64,000 nt of DNA from Candidatus Neomicrothrix sp. UBA2983. Its GTDB lineage: Bacteria > Actinomycetota > Acidimicrobiia > Acidimicrobiales > MedAcidi-G1. Position 1 is the first letter of the stretch, and the number at the start of each line of letters is the position of its first letter. Shown here piece after piece: positions 51,617 to 60,777 of this stretch. The position numbers were made by a program, and so were the translations under genes. The DNA is taken from positions 5,679 to 69,678 of the forward strand of contig DEAL01000014.1 of the NCBI GenBank assembly GCA_002346745.1, written 5' to 3'. The notes under the pieces were generated by a model that was not told the DNA's origin, did not search any database, and worked only from the letters and a program-made list of their open reading frames with translations.

Positions 51617-52495
51617 GTGCGGCATCCCTCCCGACGGCAGGTTCTCGGCGGGCTGGCCGGCCTGGCGGGCGGCCTGCTGCTGCCCGGCTGCGGCGGCGGC
51701 TCGTCCACGTCCGCCCCCACGACGACCCTCCCCGAGGGGTTCCGGCTGGGGGCCCGCTTCGCCGACGGCTACCGGGCACCGGCGGTGCTGGCCGCCGGGT
51801 CCCGCCAACGGGCGCCGTTCGTGCTGGTCGCCGGCGACGGCTGGCCGGCCGTGGAGGGGGTGCCCGACGCGGTCGCGGCGACGGTCCGGCGCGACGGCCA
51901 GGTGGTGCACGAGGGCAGCCTCGAACGCCACGGCGAGCCGGGCGTGACCCCGTACTACCCGCTGGTGTTCACCCCCGAGGAGGCCGGCGACCACGAGCTG
52001 GTGGCCGAGGGGATCGTCGACCCGTACCCGTTCCGGGTGGGCGACCGGGAGGACGTGGCACTCGTCCAGGTGGGCGACCCGATGCGGGCGGTCGACACGC
52101 CGACGGTCGCCGACCCCCGCGGCGTCGACCCGATCTGCACCCGGCACGCCGGGACCTGCGACCTGCACGAGGTGACGCTGACCGAGGCGCTGGCCCTCGA
52201 CAGTCCGACGGCGCTGCTGATCTCGACGCCCCGGTACTGCCAGACCGACGTGTGCGGCCCGGCCCTCGAGGTACTGCTGTCACTGGCGGGCGGCACGCCC
52301 GGGCTGACCGCCGTGCACGCCGAGGTCTGGATGGACGAGGACCTCACGGCGCTGACCCCGGCGATCGGCGCCTACGGCCTCGAGTTCGAGCCCAGCCTCG
52401 TCGTGGCCGACGCCGATGGCGTCGTCGTGGACGTCCTGCACTTCGCCATGGACACCCGTGAGGTCCGCCGCGCCCTCAAGCGGAGCACCGCCTGA
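51617..52495 (+). CDS. Tat-signal lipoprotein with a C-terminal CxxxxC motif
   Basis: 292 aa from GTG. SRRQVLGGLAGLAGGLLLPGC gives a twin-Arg signal plus a lipobox. PRYCQTDVCGP follows later. Divergent from 50039..51562 across 54 bp. Confidence 0.65.
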   Translation: MRHPSRRQVLGGLAGLAGGLLLPGCGGGSSTSAPTTTLPEGFRLGARFADGYRAPAVLAAGSRQRAPFVLVAGDGWPAVEGVPDAVAATVRRDGQVVHEGSLERHGEPGVTPYYPLVFTPEEAGDHELVAEGIVDPYPFRVGDREDVALVQVGDPMRAVDTPTVADPRGVDPICTRHAGTCDLHEVTLTEALALDSPTALLISTPRYCQTDVCGPALEVLLSLAGGTPGLTAVHAEVWMDEDLTALTPAIGAYGLEFEPSLVVADADGVVVDVLHFAMDTREVRRALKRSTA

Positions 52496-52550
52496 TCGAC
52501 CCCGTGAACACGGGGGGCGAGCCGCAGCCCGCCGGGGGTGACGGGGGCGG

Positions 52551-52871
52551 CTAGGAGAAGCTCTGGCCGCAGCCGCAGGTGCGCTGGGCGTTGGGGTTGT
52601 CGATCGAGAACCCCGCCTCGTTGAGGCCGTCCTTGTAGTCGAGCGTGGCGCCCTCGAGCAGCTGGGCGCTGGACGGATCGACGACGACCTTCACGGCCCC
52701 GTAGGACACTTCGAGGTCCTCGTCGGTGGACTCGGTGTCGAAGTACATCTCGTAGCTGAAGCCAGAGCAGCCGCCGGGGCGCACCGCCACGCGCAGGGCC
52801 AGGTTCTCGTCGCCCTCGCTCGCCATCAACTCGCCGACCTTGGTGGTGGCGTCGTCCGTCAGCGTGATCAT
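52551..52871 (-). CDS. erpA: iron-sulfur cluster insertion protein (HesB/IscA/ErpA family)
   Basis: 106 aa from MITLTDDATTKV. GGCSGFSY and a C-terminal CGCGQSF. Confidence 0.9.
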   Translation of the reverse strand: MITLTDDATTKVGELMASEGDENLALRVAVRPGGCSGFSYEMYFDTESTDEDLEVSYGAVKVVVDPSSAQLLEGATLDYKDGLNEAGFSIDNPNAQRTCGCGQSFS

Positions 52872-52966
52872 GTGCTGCTCCCTCACATCGTGCGCTGTGC
52901 CCGAGAGTGTAGCGGCCGGCCTCCCGCGATCCCAGCAGGCGGACGCATCGCCCATAGGCTCTGGGT

Positions 52967-54169
52967 ATGTCCGACGGGACCTCCACCACGCCCGGACCCC
53001 CCTCCGGCGAACCACCCACGGTCGAGGAGGTGATGGGGCTGCTGCGCGGCGTCGTCGACCCCGAACTGGGCTCCGACATCGTCGAGCTCGGCATGGCCAA
53101 GGGCGCCACAGTCGGCGATGACGGCCTGGTCGACGTCACGATCGCCCTCACCACCTCGGGCTGCCCGCTGCGTGCCCAGATCCAGCGCGACGTGCGGGCC
53201 CGCATCGGCGGCCTGCCCGGGGTCACCAAGGTGCACATCACCTGGTCGGAGCTGACGCCCGACGAGAAGGCGGCCGCCATGGCCAAGGCCCGCTGGAACG
53301 TCGCCCAGGACGCGCCCGACACGATGGTGCCCGCCACCTGCCGGGTACTCATGGTGGCCTCCGGCAAGGGCGGCGTCGGCAAGTCGTCGGTCACCGTGAA
53401 CCTGGCGGCGGCACTGGCCGACCGGGGCTTCGCCGTCGGCGTCATGGACGCCGACATCTGGGGCTTCTCGGTGCCACGCATGCTCGGCGTCGAGGGCCGC
53501 CTCGGCGGTTCGCCCGAGTCCGGCAAGATCACCCCGATCACCAAGCAGGTGGGCGCCGGCCACCTCGAGGTCGTATCCATGGGCTTCCTCGTCGAGGGAG
53601 AGGAGACCGCCCTCATGTGGCGGGGCCTGATCCTGAACCGCGCCGTGCAGCACTTCTGCGAGGACGTGGCCTGGGGAGACCTCGACTACCTGCTGATCGA
53701 CATGCCGCCCGGCACCGGCGACGTCCAGATGGGCCTCGCCAAGATGCTGCCCAGAGCCGAGATGCTCATCGTGACCACACCGGCGCTGGCCGCCCAGAAG
53801 GTAGCGGTACGGGTGGCGCACATGGGGCGCAACAACTACCTGCGGATCGTCGGCGTCGTCGAGAACATGAGCGCCTACGTGACCCCCGACGGCGAGTCCC
53901 ACGAGTTGTTCGGCGCCGGCGGCGGCAGCGACCTGGCCGAGCGGATCGGCGCCCCCCTGCTCGGCAGCATCCCGATCGACGCCGCCGTGGCCGCCGGCGG
54001 CGACGCCGGGAAGCCGGTGGTGCTGGGCGAGGGCCCGGCTGCCGACGCCTACCGGTCGATCGTGGAGCTGCTGGCCACCGAGGCGGCACCGCCGCTCGAC
54101 ATGGAGGGCTGCTCGGCCCGGCTGCTGGCCGCCGCCGAGGCCGCCCTCGACGCCGCCGACGCGGGGTAG
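52967..54169 (+). CDS. apbC: Mrp/ApbC-type Fe-S cluster carrier ATPase (with N-terminal DUF59-like domain)
   Basis: 400 aa. VDPELGSDIVELGM, P-loop SGKGGVGKSS, DMPPGTGD. Confidence 0.9.
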   Translation: MSDGTSTTPGPPSGEPPTVEEVMGLLRGVVDPELGSDIVELGMAKGATVGDDGLVDVTIALTTSGCPLRAQIQRDVRARIGGLPGVTKVHITWSELTPDEKAAAMAKARWNVAQDAPDTMVPATCRVLMVASGKGGVGKSSVTVNLAAALADRGFAVGVMDADIWGFSVPRMLGVEGRLGGSPESGKITPITKQVGAGHLEVVSMGFLVEGEETALMWRGLILNRAVQHFCEDVAWGDLDYLLIDMPPGTGDVQMGLAKMLPRAEMLIVTTPALAAQKVAVRVAHMGRNNYLRIVGVVENMSAYVTPDGESHELFGAGGGSDLAERIGAPLLGSIPIDAAVAAGGDAGKPVVLGEGPAADAYRSIVELLATEAAPPLDMEGCSARLLAAAEAALDAADAG

Positions 54170-54175
54170 GGCGAC

Positions 54176-54676
54176 CTAGCCCAGTTCGGGGCGCTTCGGC
54201 GGCTCGTCGTCCCGCCACCCCTCGACGTCGATCGGACCGTCGCCGGTCCCGTGGAACCCGCCGTGGCGGTGCCCGCCGAGGTCGACCCGCCAGGCCATCG
54301 TGTGGCGTCCCCGCTCCATCCGCCGGCCGAACCAGCGGGCGGTCGAGGCCCGCAGCAGCATCCGGGTGGGCGGGAACAGCAGCGACAGGCCGAGGGCGTC
54401 GGTGGCGAAGCCCGGCGTGAGCATGAGCGCCCCGCCGAACAGCACCAGCAGGCCGTCGACCAGCTGGCGGCCCGGAATCCGGCCGGCGGCCATCTCCGCC
54501 TCGGCCTTGCGCAGGATGCCGAGGCCCTCCCGCTTCACGAGCCAGGCGCCGACGACGGAGATGAGCACCAGCAGGGCGACCGTGTTGAGCACCCCGACCT
54601 CGCCGGCCACCTGGACGATCAGGTACAGCTCGACGATCGGCGTGACGAGGAAGACGATGAGGAGGAACGGGAACAC
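54176..54676 (-). CDS. fxsA: FxsA family membrane protein
   Basis: 166 aa from GTG (VFPFLLIVFLVTPIVELYLIVQVAG). LTPGFATDALG. Confidence 0.8.
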   Translation of the reverse strand: MFPFLLIVFLVTPIVELYLIVQVAGEVGVLNTVALLVLISVVGAWLVKREGLGILRKAEAEMAAGRIPGRQLVDGLLVLFGGALMLTPGFATDALGLSLLFPPTRMLLRASTARWFGRRMERGRHTMAWRVDLGGHRHGGFHGTGDGPIDVEGWRDDEPPKRPELG

Positions 54677-54770
54677 GGCGGCCAGCGTAGAGGCTGGGTC
54701 CCGGCGGGCCGCCGCGGCGGACCGGGCGCCGCGGCGGACAGGAGGCCGGGCCGAATAGCCTGCACCTCCC

Positions 54771-56045
54771 ATGGCCCCGGATCGCCCACCGTCCGTAGAC
54801 CGCCTCGCCCGCTCGCTGGCCGACACGGGCCTCCCCCACCCGCTGCTCGTTGACGCCGCCCGCCAGGCGGTCGCCGACGGTGACCCGGCCGACGCCGTCG
54901 ACCGGGCCCGCGACCTCGCCGAGGCCACCGCCCGCCACCTCCTGACCGGCGTCGTCAACGCCACCGGGGTGCTGCTGCACACCAACCTGGGGCGGGCCCC
55001 GTGGGGCACCACCCTCGACGACGCCCGCTACCGCACCCTCGAGTTCGACCTGGCCACCGGCGAGCGGGGTTCCCGCCAGGACCGGGCGCCCGCCCTGCTG
55101 GCCCGGGCCTGTGGCGCCGAGGCGGCGATCGTCGTCAACAACTGTGCCTCGGCGGTGCTGCTGGTGCTGGCCGCCCTCGCCGAGGGCCGGTCGGCCGTCG
55201 TCTCACGCGGCGAGTTGGTCGAGATCGGCGGCGGCTTCCGCATCCCCGACGTCATGGCCCAGTCCGGCGCCCGCCTGCTGGAGGTCGGCACCACCAACCG
55301 GACCCGCCGGGAGGACTTCGCCCGGGCGGTTTCGGCCGCCGACGATGCCGCCCTCGTACTCTCCGTCCACCGATCCAACTACCGGATCGAGGGGTTCACC
55401 GAGTCGGTGGCCGTAGCCGACCTGGCCAGCCTGGGGCTGCCGGTCGTGGCCGACATCGGCTCTGGGTTGCTCGACGCCGCCTGCCCGTGGCTGGCCGACG
55501 GGCCGCCCGCCTGGCTGCAGGGCGAGCCCGCCGCCCGCCAGACCCTCGAGGCCGGCGCCGACCTGATCACCTTCTCGGGCGACAAGCTGCTGGGCGGTCC
55601 CCAGGCCGGGGTGATCGCCGGCCGGGCCGACCTCGTGGCCGCCTGCGCCGCCCACCCGCTGGCGCGGGCGCTGCGGCCCGGCAGCCTCGTCCTCCACGCC
55701 CTCCAGGACCTGGCGCTGGCCTACCTGCGCCGCGACGGCGACGCCATCCCGTTCTGGCGCATGGCCACCCTCGGAGTCGACGGGCTGCGGGAGCGGGCCG
55801 CCGGCATCGCCCCCGGGCTGGTCGCCGACATGGCGGCCGTCCCCGGCGGCGGAACGCTGCCCGGCGTCGAGATCCCGTCGGCGGGGCTGCGCCTCGACGG
55901 CGACCGGTCCGCCGACCTGCGGGCGGGCAGCCCGCCGGTGGTCGCCCGGGTCGCCGACGACGCCACCTGGCTGGACCTTCGCACGGTCCACCCGGACGAC
56001 GACGCCCTGCTGGCCGACGCCCTCGACCGGCTCGGCGCCCGCTGA
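54771..56045 (+). CDS. selA: L-seryl-tRNA(Sec) selenium transferase
   Basis: 424 aa. NATGVLLHTNLGRAP, PLP-lysine motif FSGDKLLGGPQAG. Confidence 0.9.
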   Translation: MAPDRPPSVDRLARSLADTGLPHPLLVDAARQAVADGDPADAVDRARDLAEATARHLLTGVVNATGVLLHTNLGRAPWGTTLDDARYRTLEFDLATGERGSRQDRAPALLARACGAEAAIVVNNCASAVLLVLAALAEGRSAVVSRGELVEIGGGFRIPDVMAQSGARLLEVGTTNRTRREDFARAVSAADDAALVLSVHRSNYRIEGFTESVAVADLASLGLPVVADIGSGLLDAACPWLADGPPAWLQGEPAARQTLEAGADLITFSGDKLLGGPQAGVIAGRADLVAACAAHPLARALRPGSLVLHALQDLALAYLRRDGDAIPFWRMATLGVDGLRERAAGIAPGLVADMAAVPGGGTLPGVEIPSAGLRLDGDRSADLRAGSPPVVARVADDATWLDLRTVHPDDDALLADALDRLGAR

Positions 56046-56090
56046 GCAGCCGGTCCGCCGACCCACCGACCCGCTACACCAGAGGCCCGC

Positions 56091-57812
56091 ATGCACGTCG
56101 TCGCCACCGCCGGCCACGTCGACCACGGCAAGTCCACGCTCGTCGAGGCCCTTACCGGCACCGATCCGGACCGCTTCGCCGAGGAGAAGGCCCGTGGCCT
56201 GACCATCGACCTGGGGTTCGCCGCCACGACGCTGCCCTCGGGTGCGCCGCTGTCGCTGGTGGACGTGCCCGGCCACGTGCGGTTCATCAAGAACATGCTG
56301 GCCGGGGTGGGCGCCGTCGACGCCTGCCTGTTCGTCGTCGCCGCCACCGAGGGCTGGAAGCCGCAGTCCGAGGAGCACCTCCGCATCCTCGAGCTGCTCG
56401 GCGTCGCCCACGGGATCGTGGCGCTGACCAAGGTCGGGGTCGCCGACGAGGACCTCGTCGAACTGGCCCACCTCGAACTCGAGGAGCGCCTGGCTGGCAC
56501 CTTCCTCGAGGGTGCCGCCATCGTGGACGTGGACGCCCCCACCGATGTCGGGCTGGACGACCTGCGGACCGCCCTCGACGACCTCCTGGCGGCCACGCCG
56601 ACCTCGGCCGACCACGGTCGACCGCGGCTGTGGGTCGACCGGTCCTTCGCCGCCAAGGGCTCCGGCACCGTCGTGACCGGGACGCTCACCGGCGGCCGGC
56701 TGGCCGTCGACGACGAGCTCGAGCTCCACCCCCGGGGCGACCGGGTGCGGGTCCGGGCGCTCCAGAACCACCACGAGGCCCGCGACGACCTGCCACCCGG
56801 CAGCCGCTGCGCCGTCAACCTGGTGGGCGTCGCCCACGACGACGTCCAGCGGGGCGACGTGCTGGTCCGGCCCGGACGGTGGCACCTCACGACCGTGGTC
56901 GACGCCGACCTGGCGGTCCTCGACGGCCTCGACCACGCCGTGTCCAGGCGGGGGGCGTTCGTCGCCTATGTGGGCGCCGGCGAGCACCCGGTGCGCCTAC
57001 GGATCCTCGGCCCCGACGCCCTTGAGCCGGGCGCCCGAGGGGCCGTCCGGCTGTTCCTCCCCGAGGCCCTGCCGCTGCTGCCCGGCGACCGCTTCGTGCT
57101 GCGTGAGAGCGGCCGGGCCGAGACGGTCGGCGGCGGCGAGGTGCTCGACGTGGAACCCCGGGAGCGTGCCTCACGGGCCCGGCCCGACCGCTCTGTCGAC
57201 CGGGTGGTGCGCGAACGGGGCTGGGTGAACGTCGACGAGTTGGAGCGGCTGACCGGCGAGCGCCGCGACCCCGACCTCGGCAACTGGGCGGTCGACCCCG
57301 GCGCCCTCCAGGAGTCGGTGGCCGGCTTGCGGGAACGCCTCGAGGACGCCGGCCCCCTCGGGCTGGACCTGGCGCTCCTCGACGACCGGCAGCGGGCCGT
57401 CGTCGAACTCCTGGACGACGCCGTCGTGGACGGCGGCCACCTGCGGCCCGCCGACGCCGTGGACACCCTGGCCGACCACCCCTTCCTCGCGGCGCTGGCA
57501 GCACAGCCGTTCGCGCCACCCGACCCGGGGGACGTCGACCGCGGCGAACTGCGGGAGATGGTCCGGCGCGGGATGGTGGTGGAACAGGACGGGGTGTTCT
57601 TCGCCGCCTCCGGCGTCGAGGCGGCCGCCCGCCTGGCGGCCCGGCTGCTGGCCGACGACCCCGATGGGTTCACCGTGTCGGCGTTCCGGGAGGCGGCGGG
57701 CAACACCCGCAAGCACACCCTGCCGCTTCTGGCGCGCCTCGACGGGACCGGCGTCACCCGCCGGCGTGGCGACCTGCGGATCGGCGGCCCACGGCTCCCC
57801 GACCCGGACTGA
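56091..57812 (+). CDS. selB: selenocysteine-specific translation elongation factor
   Basis: 573 aa. GTPase motifs AGHVDHGKSTL and DVPGH, with a C-terminal winged-helix-like region. 45 nt after selA. Confidence 0.9.
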   Translation: MHVVATAGHVDHGKSTLVEALTGTDPDRFAEEKARGLTIDLGFAATTLPSGAPLSLVDVPGHVRFIKNMLAGVGAVDACLFVVAATEGWKPQSEEHLRILELLGVAHGIVALTKVGVADEDLVELAHLELEERLAGTFLEGAAIVDVDAPTDVGLDDLRTALDDLLAATPTSADHGRPRLWVDRSFAAKGSGTVVTGTLTGGRLAVDDELELHPRGDRVRVRALQNHHEARDDLPPGSRCAVNLVGVAHDDVQRGDVLVRPGRWHLTTVVDADLAVLDGLDHAVSRRGAFVAYVGAGEHPVRLRILGPDALEPGARGAVRLFLPEALPLLPGDRFVLRESGRAETVGGGEVLDVEPRERASRARPDRSVDRVVRERGWVNVDELERLTGERRDPDLGNWAVDPGALQESVAGLRERLEDAGPLGLDLALLDDRQRAVVELLDDAVVDGGHLRPADAVDTLADHPFLAALAAQPFAPPDPGDVDRGELREMVRRGMVVEQDGVFFAASGVEAAARLAARLLADDPDGFTVSAFREAAGNTRKHTLPLLARLDGTGVTRRRGDLRIGGPRLPDPD

Positions 57813-57836
57813 GCCGCCCGCCCGACGGCCCGGATC

Positions 57837-58097
57837 CTATGTGCTGAGGCCCATCAGTTCGCGGCGTTCGCTCTCACTTATGCCACCCCAGATGCCGTGC
57901 ACGTCCCGCAGGGCCAGGGCGTAGTCGAGGCACTCGCCGGCCACCGCACAGTTCGCACAGATGGTCTTGGTACGGCCCTCTCGCCGCCGCTGCTCGTCGC
58001 GTCGCTCGCCGGCAGGCGGGGGAAAGAAGTCCAGCGCGAACGACCCCCGGCAGGCTCCTCGAACCTGCCATTCGGGGTAGGTGCCAATTCCAGCCAC
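57837..58097 (-). CDS. WhiB-family (Wbl) transcriptional regulator
   Basis: 86 aa from GTG. Four Cys (GACRG ... CANCAVAGEC) and the GIWGG turn. The upstream part of the track ORF has poor coding character. Confidence 0.85.
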   Translation of the reverse strand: MAGIGTYPEWQVRGACRGSFALDFFPPPAGERRDEQRRREGRTKTICANCAVAGECLDYALALRDVHGIWGGISESERRELMGLST

Positions 58098-58199
58098 TCG
58101 CGCACCCCCTTGCTCGCGTGAGACGCTCAACCTATGACAGGCATGCATCAGGTGCAAGGGTGGGTTCGTGCCCGGCCGCTCGGGCAAAGGCGCGAGAAA

Positions 58200-59492
58200 T
58201 CAGTCCCGTGGCCGCCGCGACCGGTGGTCGCGGGCGCCACCCTCCTCGGGCTCGACCTCCAGCCACAGTCCCTCGACGGCCACGATCCGGATCGGGGCAC
58301 CGGCCTCGATGGGCGTCGCCCGGTTGGTACGTGCCCGCCAGACCGCATCCCGGACCCGCACCGTGCCCTCCGGGCCGACGGCGTCGACCGCCTCGCCCAT
58401 CTCGCCGACCATCCAGTCACGGCCGATCGTGGGCGTGGAGAAGCGGGTGCGCACCATCGCCGGCATGCCGGCCGCCATGCCGGCAACGGTGCCGACCAAG
58501 CCGACAAGCAGGGGGATCCATGACATGCCGACGCCGTCGTAGAGCCAGATCGAGCCGATGAGCAGCGCCATGGTGCCGATCACCGTCCAGGCACGCGGCA
58601 CGCCGGTCTGCGCGTCGACGGCGTAGCCGAACATGGCGACCACCAGCAGGGCGATCGCCCACCAGCGGGTCGGCAGCACCGCCAGGCCGTAGCAGCCGAG
58701 CAGAAACGAGCCGGCCCCGATGACGCCGGCGATCCCGATGCCGGCGGTGAACAGCTCGAACACCAACAGGCCGGCGCCGGCAAGGAAGAGCAGGTAGGCG
58801 ACCGGCGGGCTGGCAGCGGTGTGGAACAGCTGGTCGACGAGGCCCGGCTTGTGGAAGCGGGTGCGCACGACGGGGGTGGTGCCCTCACCGTCGTCGGCGA
58901 CGCCCTCGAAGCCGGGGATGCCCCGCAGGTGCTCGAGCAGCACCGGCGACGGCCGGGCCAAGCCCCGTTCGACGGCCTCGGCGTAGCCGACGGTGCCGTC
59001 CACGAGGTCGGAGCCGGCTGCGAGGCCGAAGGGAGCGCCGTGCGACGCGGCTGACAGGACCGGTTCGCCCAGATCGCCGATCCGGGCACCGGGGGCGATG
59101 CCCAAGTCGTCCGCCACGCCGACCAGCTGTGCGACGGCGCCCAGCGCCCGGCTCCCCGACGGACCCACCCACACCGAGACCGGGACCGGCGAGTCGAGCA
59201 CCAGGTCGGCGAGGGCGGTCACATCGGCATCGGGCACCACCGAGCCCCGGCTGTCGACCTGGAACACGAGGGCGATGGTCTCGGCCGGATCGACCGACTC
59301 GAGGGCGTCGGCCACCACCTCGAGCAGGACGGGGTCGAGCAGGCCGTTCACCTCGACCACGTCGACGACGGACTGCTCGGCGCCGTGATCGAGGCCGTCG
59401 TGGGCGGCGGCGCCGCCCATGGGCGCCAGTAGGCCGGCCACGACCAGGACGAGGCCGAGCAGGGGTCGGAGGCGGCGCGCGGTACGGGTCAT
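58200..59492 (-). CDS. NfeD-family membrane-bound ClpP-class serine protease
   Basis: 430 aa. Signal peptide, ClpP-like N-terminal domain, four or more TM helices and a C-terminal NfeD OB region (VRVRDAVWRARTN...IRIVAVEGLWLEV). Confidence 0.8.
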   Translation of the reverse strand: MTRTARRLRPLLGLVLVVAGLLAPMGGAAAHDGLDHGAEQSVVDVVEVNGLLDPVLLEVVADALESVDPAETIALVFQVDSRGSVVPDADVTALADLVLDSPVPVSVWVGPSGSRALGAVAQLVGVADDLGIAPGARIGDLGEPVLSAASHGAPFGLAAGSDLVDGTVGYAEAVERGLARPSPVLLEHLRGIPGFEGVADDGEGTTPVVRTRFHKPGLVDQLFHTAASPPVAYLLFLAGAGLLVFELFTAGIGIAGVIGAGSFLLGCYGLAVLPTRWWAIALLVVAMFGYAVDAQTGVPRAWTVIGTMALLIGSIWLYDGVGMSWIPLLVGLVGTVAGMAAGMPAMVRTRFSTPTIGRDWMVGEMGEAVDAVGPEGTVRVRDAVWRARTNRATPIEAGAPIRIVAVEGLWLEVEPEEGGARDHRSRRPRD

Positions 59493-59548
59493 CGGAGGCT
59501 TGGGGTCGGGACGCCGGTGGGCGCCCGGCAGCCGATCAGCGCAGGGCC

Positions 59549-59890
59549 TCAGGCGGTCTCGACGAGGGCAGCGACGGCCTCCTCGACCGACTCGCAGACC
59601 GGCACCAGGCGGTCGAAGCCGGTCGTGTGCAGCAGCCGCGTCAGGGCCGGGCGGTTGCAGGCCACGGCCACGTCGCCGTCGTTGTCCCGGGCCCGGCGGA
59701 TGCCGCCGATGAGCGCCCCGAGGCCTGCCGAGTCCATGAAGGGCACCTCGGAGAGGTCGATGAGGACGTAGCGGTGGGCGGCCAGGTCGGTCAGGGCCTC
59801 GCGGAACTGGGCGACCGTGTAGGCGTCGAGTTCGCCGACAGGTCGACAGAGCACATAGCCGTCACCTGCTTCGACCGCGATCTCCAGCAC
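59549..59890 (-). CDS. anti-sigma factor antagonist (STAS domain)
   Basis: 113 aa from GTG, with GAGGAGG upstream (VLEIAVEAGDGYVLCRPVGELD). DLSEVPFMDSAGLGALI. Confidence 0.8.
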   Translation of the reverse strand: MLEIAVEAGDGYVLCRPVGELDAYTVAQFREALTDLAAHRYVLIDLSEVPFMDSAGLGALIGGIRRARDNDGDVAVACNRPALTRLLHTTGFDRLVPVCESVEEAVAALVETA

Positions 59891-60015
59891 CGTTGCCTCC
59901 TCGATCGTCTCCCTGAGACGGCGATCGTAGACCCGTGGGCGGCGATCGCGGTTCCGCCCCCTCGACGGAGAGCGCGGTCGGGCGGCATCGGACGGTCGGC
60001 GGTACGCTCCGGGCC

Positions 60016-60390
60016 GTGTCCACCGTACTGATCGCCACCGACGTCGACCGCGTCCACGACGAGGTCGATGCCGCCATCGGCGGCGACCACGAACTGGTCC
60101 GCCTCCACGCCGGGGCCGAAGTGCGGGCCGCTGTGCTCGAGCACGACCCGGTGCTCGTGGTGCTGGACCTCCAGATCGGCAACATGGGTGGGATGGCCAC
60201 CTGCCTCGACCTGCGCCTCGAGCAGCGAGCCGACCGGCTGCCCGACCAGCGGGTCGTGATGCTGCTGGACCGGTCGGCCGATGAGTGGCTGGCGGCACAG
60301 GCCGAGGCCGACGCCTGGCTGGTCAAGCCGATCGACCCGCTGGCCCTGCGCCGCACCGTTGCGGACCTGCTGGCCAACCAGCCCACCTGA
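60016..60390 (+). CDS. single-domain response regulator (CheY-like receiver)
   Basis: 124 aa from GTG (VSTVLIATDVD). Phospho-acceptor context VLVVLDLQIGNMGG and a conserved Lys in WLVKP. Confidence 0.7.
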   Translation: MSTVLIATDVDRVHDEVDAAIGGDHELVRLHAGAEVRAAVLEHDPVLVVLDLQIGNMGGMATCLDLRLEQRADRLPDQRVVMLLDRSADEWLAAQAEADAWLVKPIDPLALRRTVADLLANQPT

Positions 60391-60453
60391 CCCGCCTGAC
60401 GGCCGGTTCCCCCGACCGGTGCCCGGGCGCGACCGGTAGCCTCTGTCCGCACA

Positions 60454-60530
60454 CGGGTAGTGGCGCAGGTTGGTAGCGCGCCTCGTTCGGGACGAGGAGG
60501 TCGTGGGTTCAAATCCCGCCTACCCGACCA
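60454..60530 (+). tRNA. tRNA-Pro (anticodon CGG)
   Basis: CGGGTAG/CTACCCG acceptor, D arm GCGC-AGGTTGGTA-GCGC, anticodon stem CCTCG/CGAGG with loop TTCGGGA, T arm GTGGG-TTCAAAT-CCCGC, and an encoded ACCA. Confidence 0.9.
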
Positions 60531-60777
60531 TGGGGTCTCGGCAGGTTATTGAAAACGGCTCGGCAGGTTTCGACCACGACGAGTGACCGGACCGGGCTCG
60601 ACTGGCGCTCTTGAAGGAACTCTTGGTGCCGGTGTCTGCTGCATGCCGATGACCGTCCGGGCCGACCCAAACGGCGCACGTGTTCCGGCGCTGGAGACTG
60701 CTCATGAGGCCTCAAGGCGACAAGTCGGTCCGCCTCACCAGCCGGCACCTACCGGACCTGCGGGCTTGCCCGGCCGA

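Noticed and set aside
51617-52495. Candidate selenoprotein (redox CxxxxC lipoprotein) given the sel genes nearby
   Set aside because: The reading frame is continuous with no in-frame TGA, and both positions are Cys codons. I found no other ORF pair in the window that looks like one gene split by TGA.
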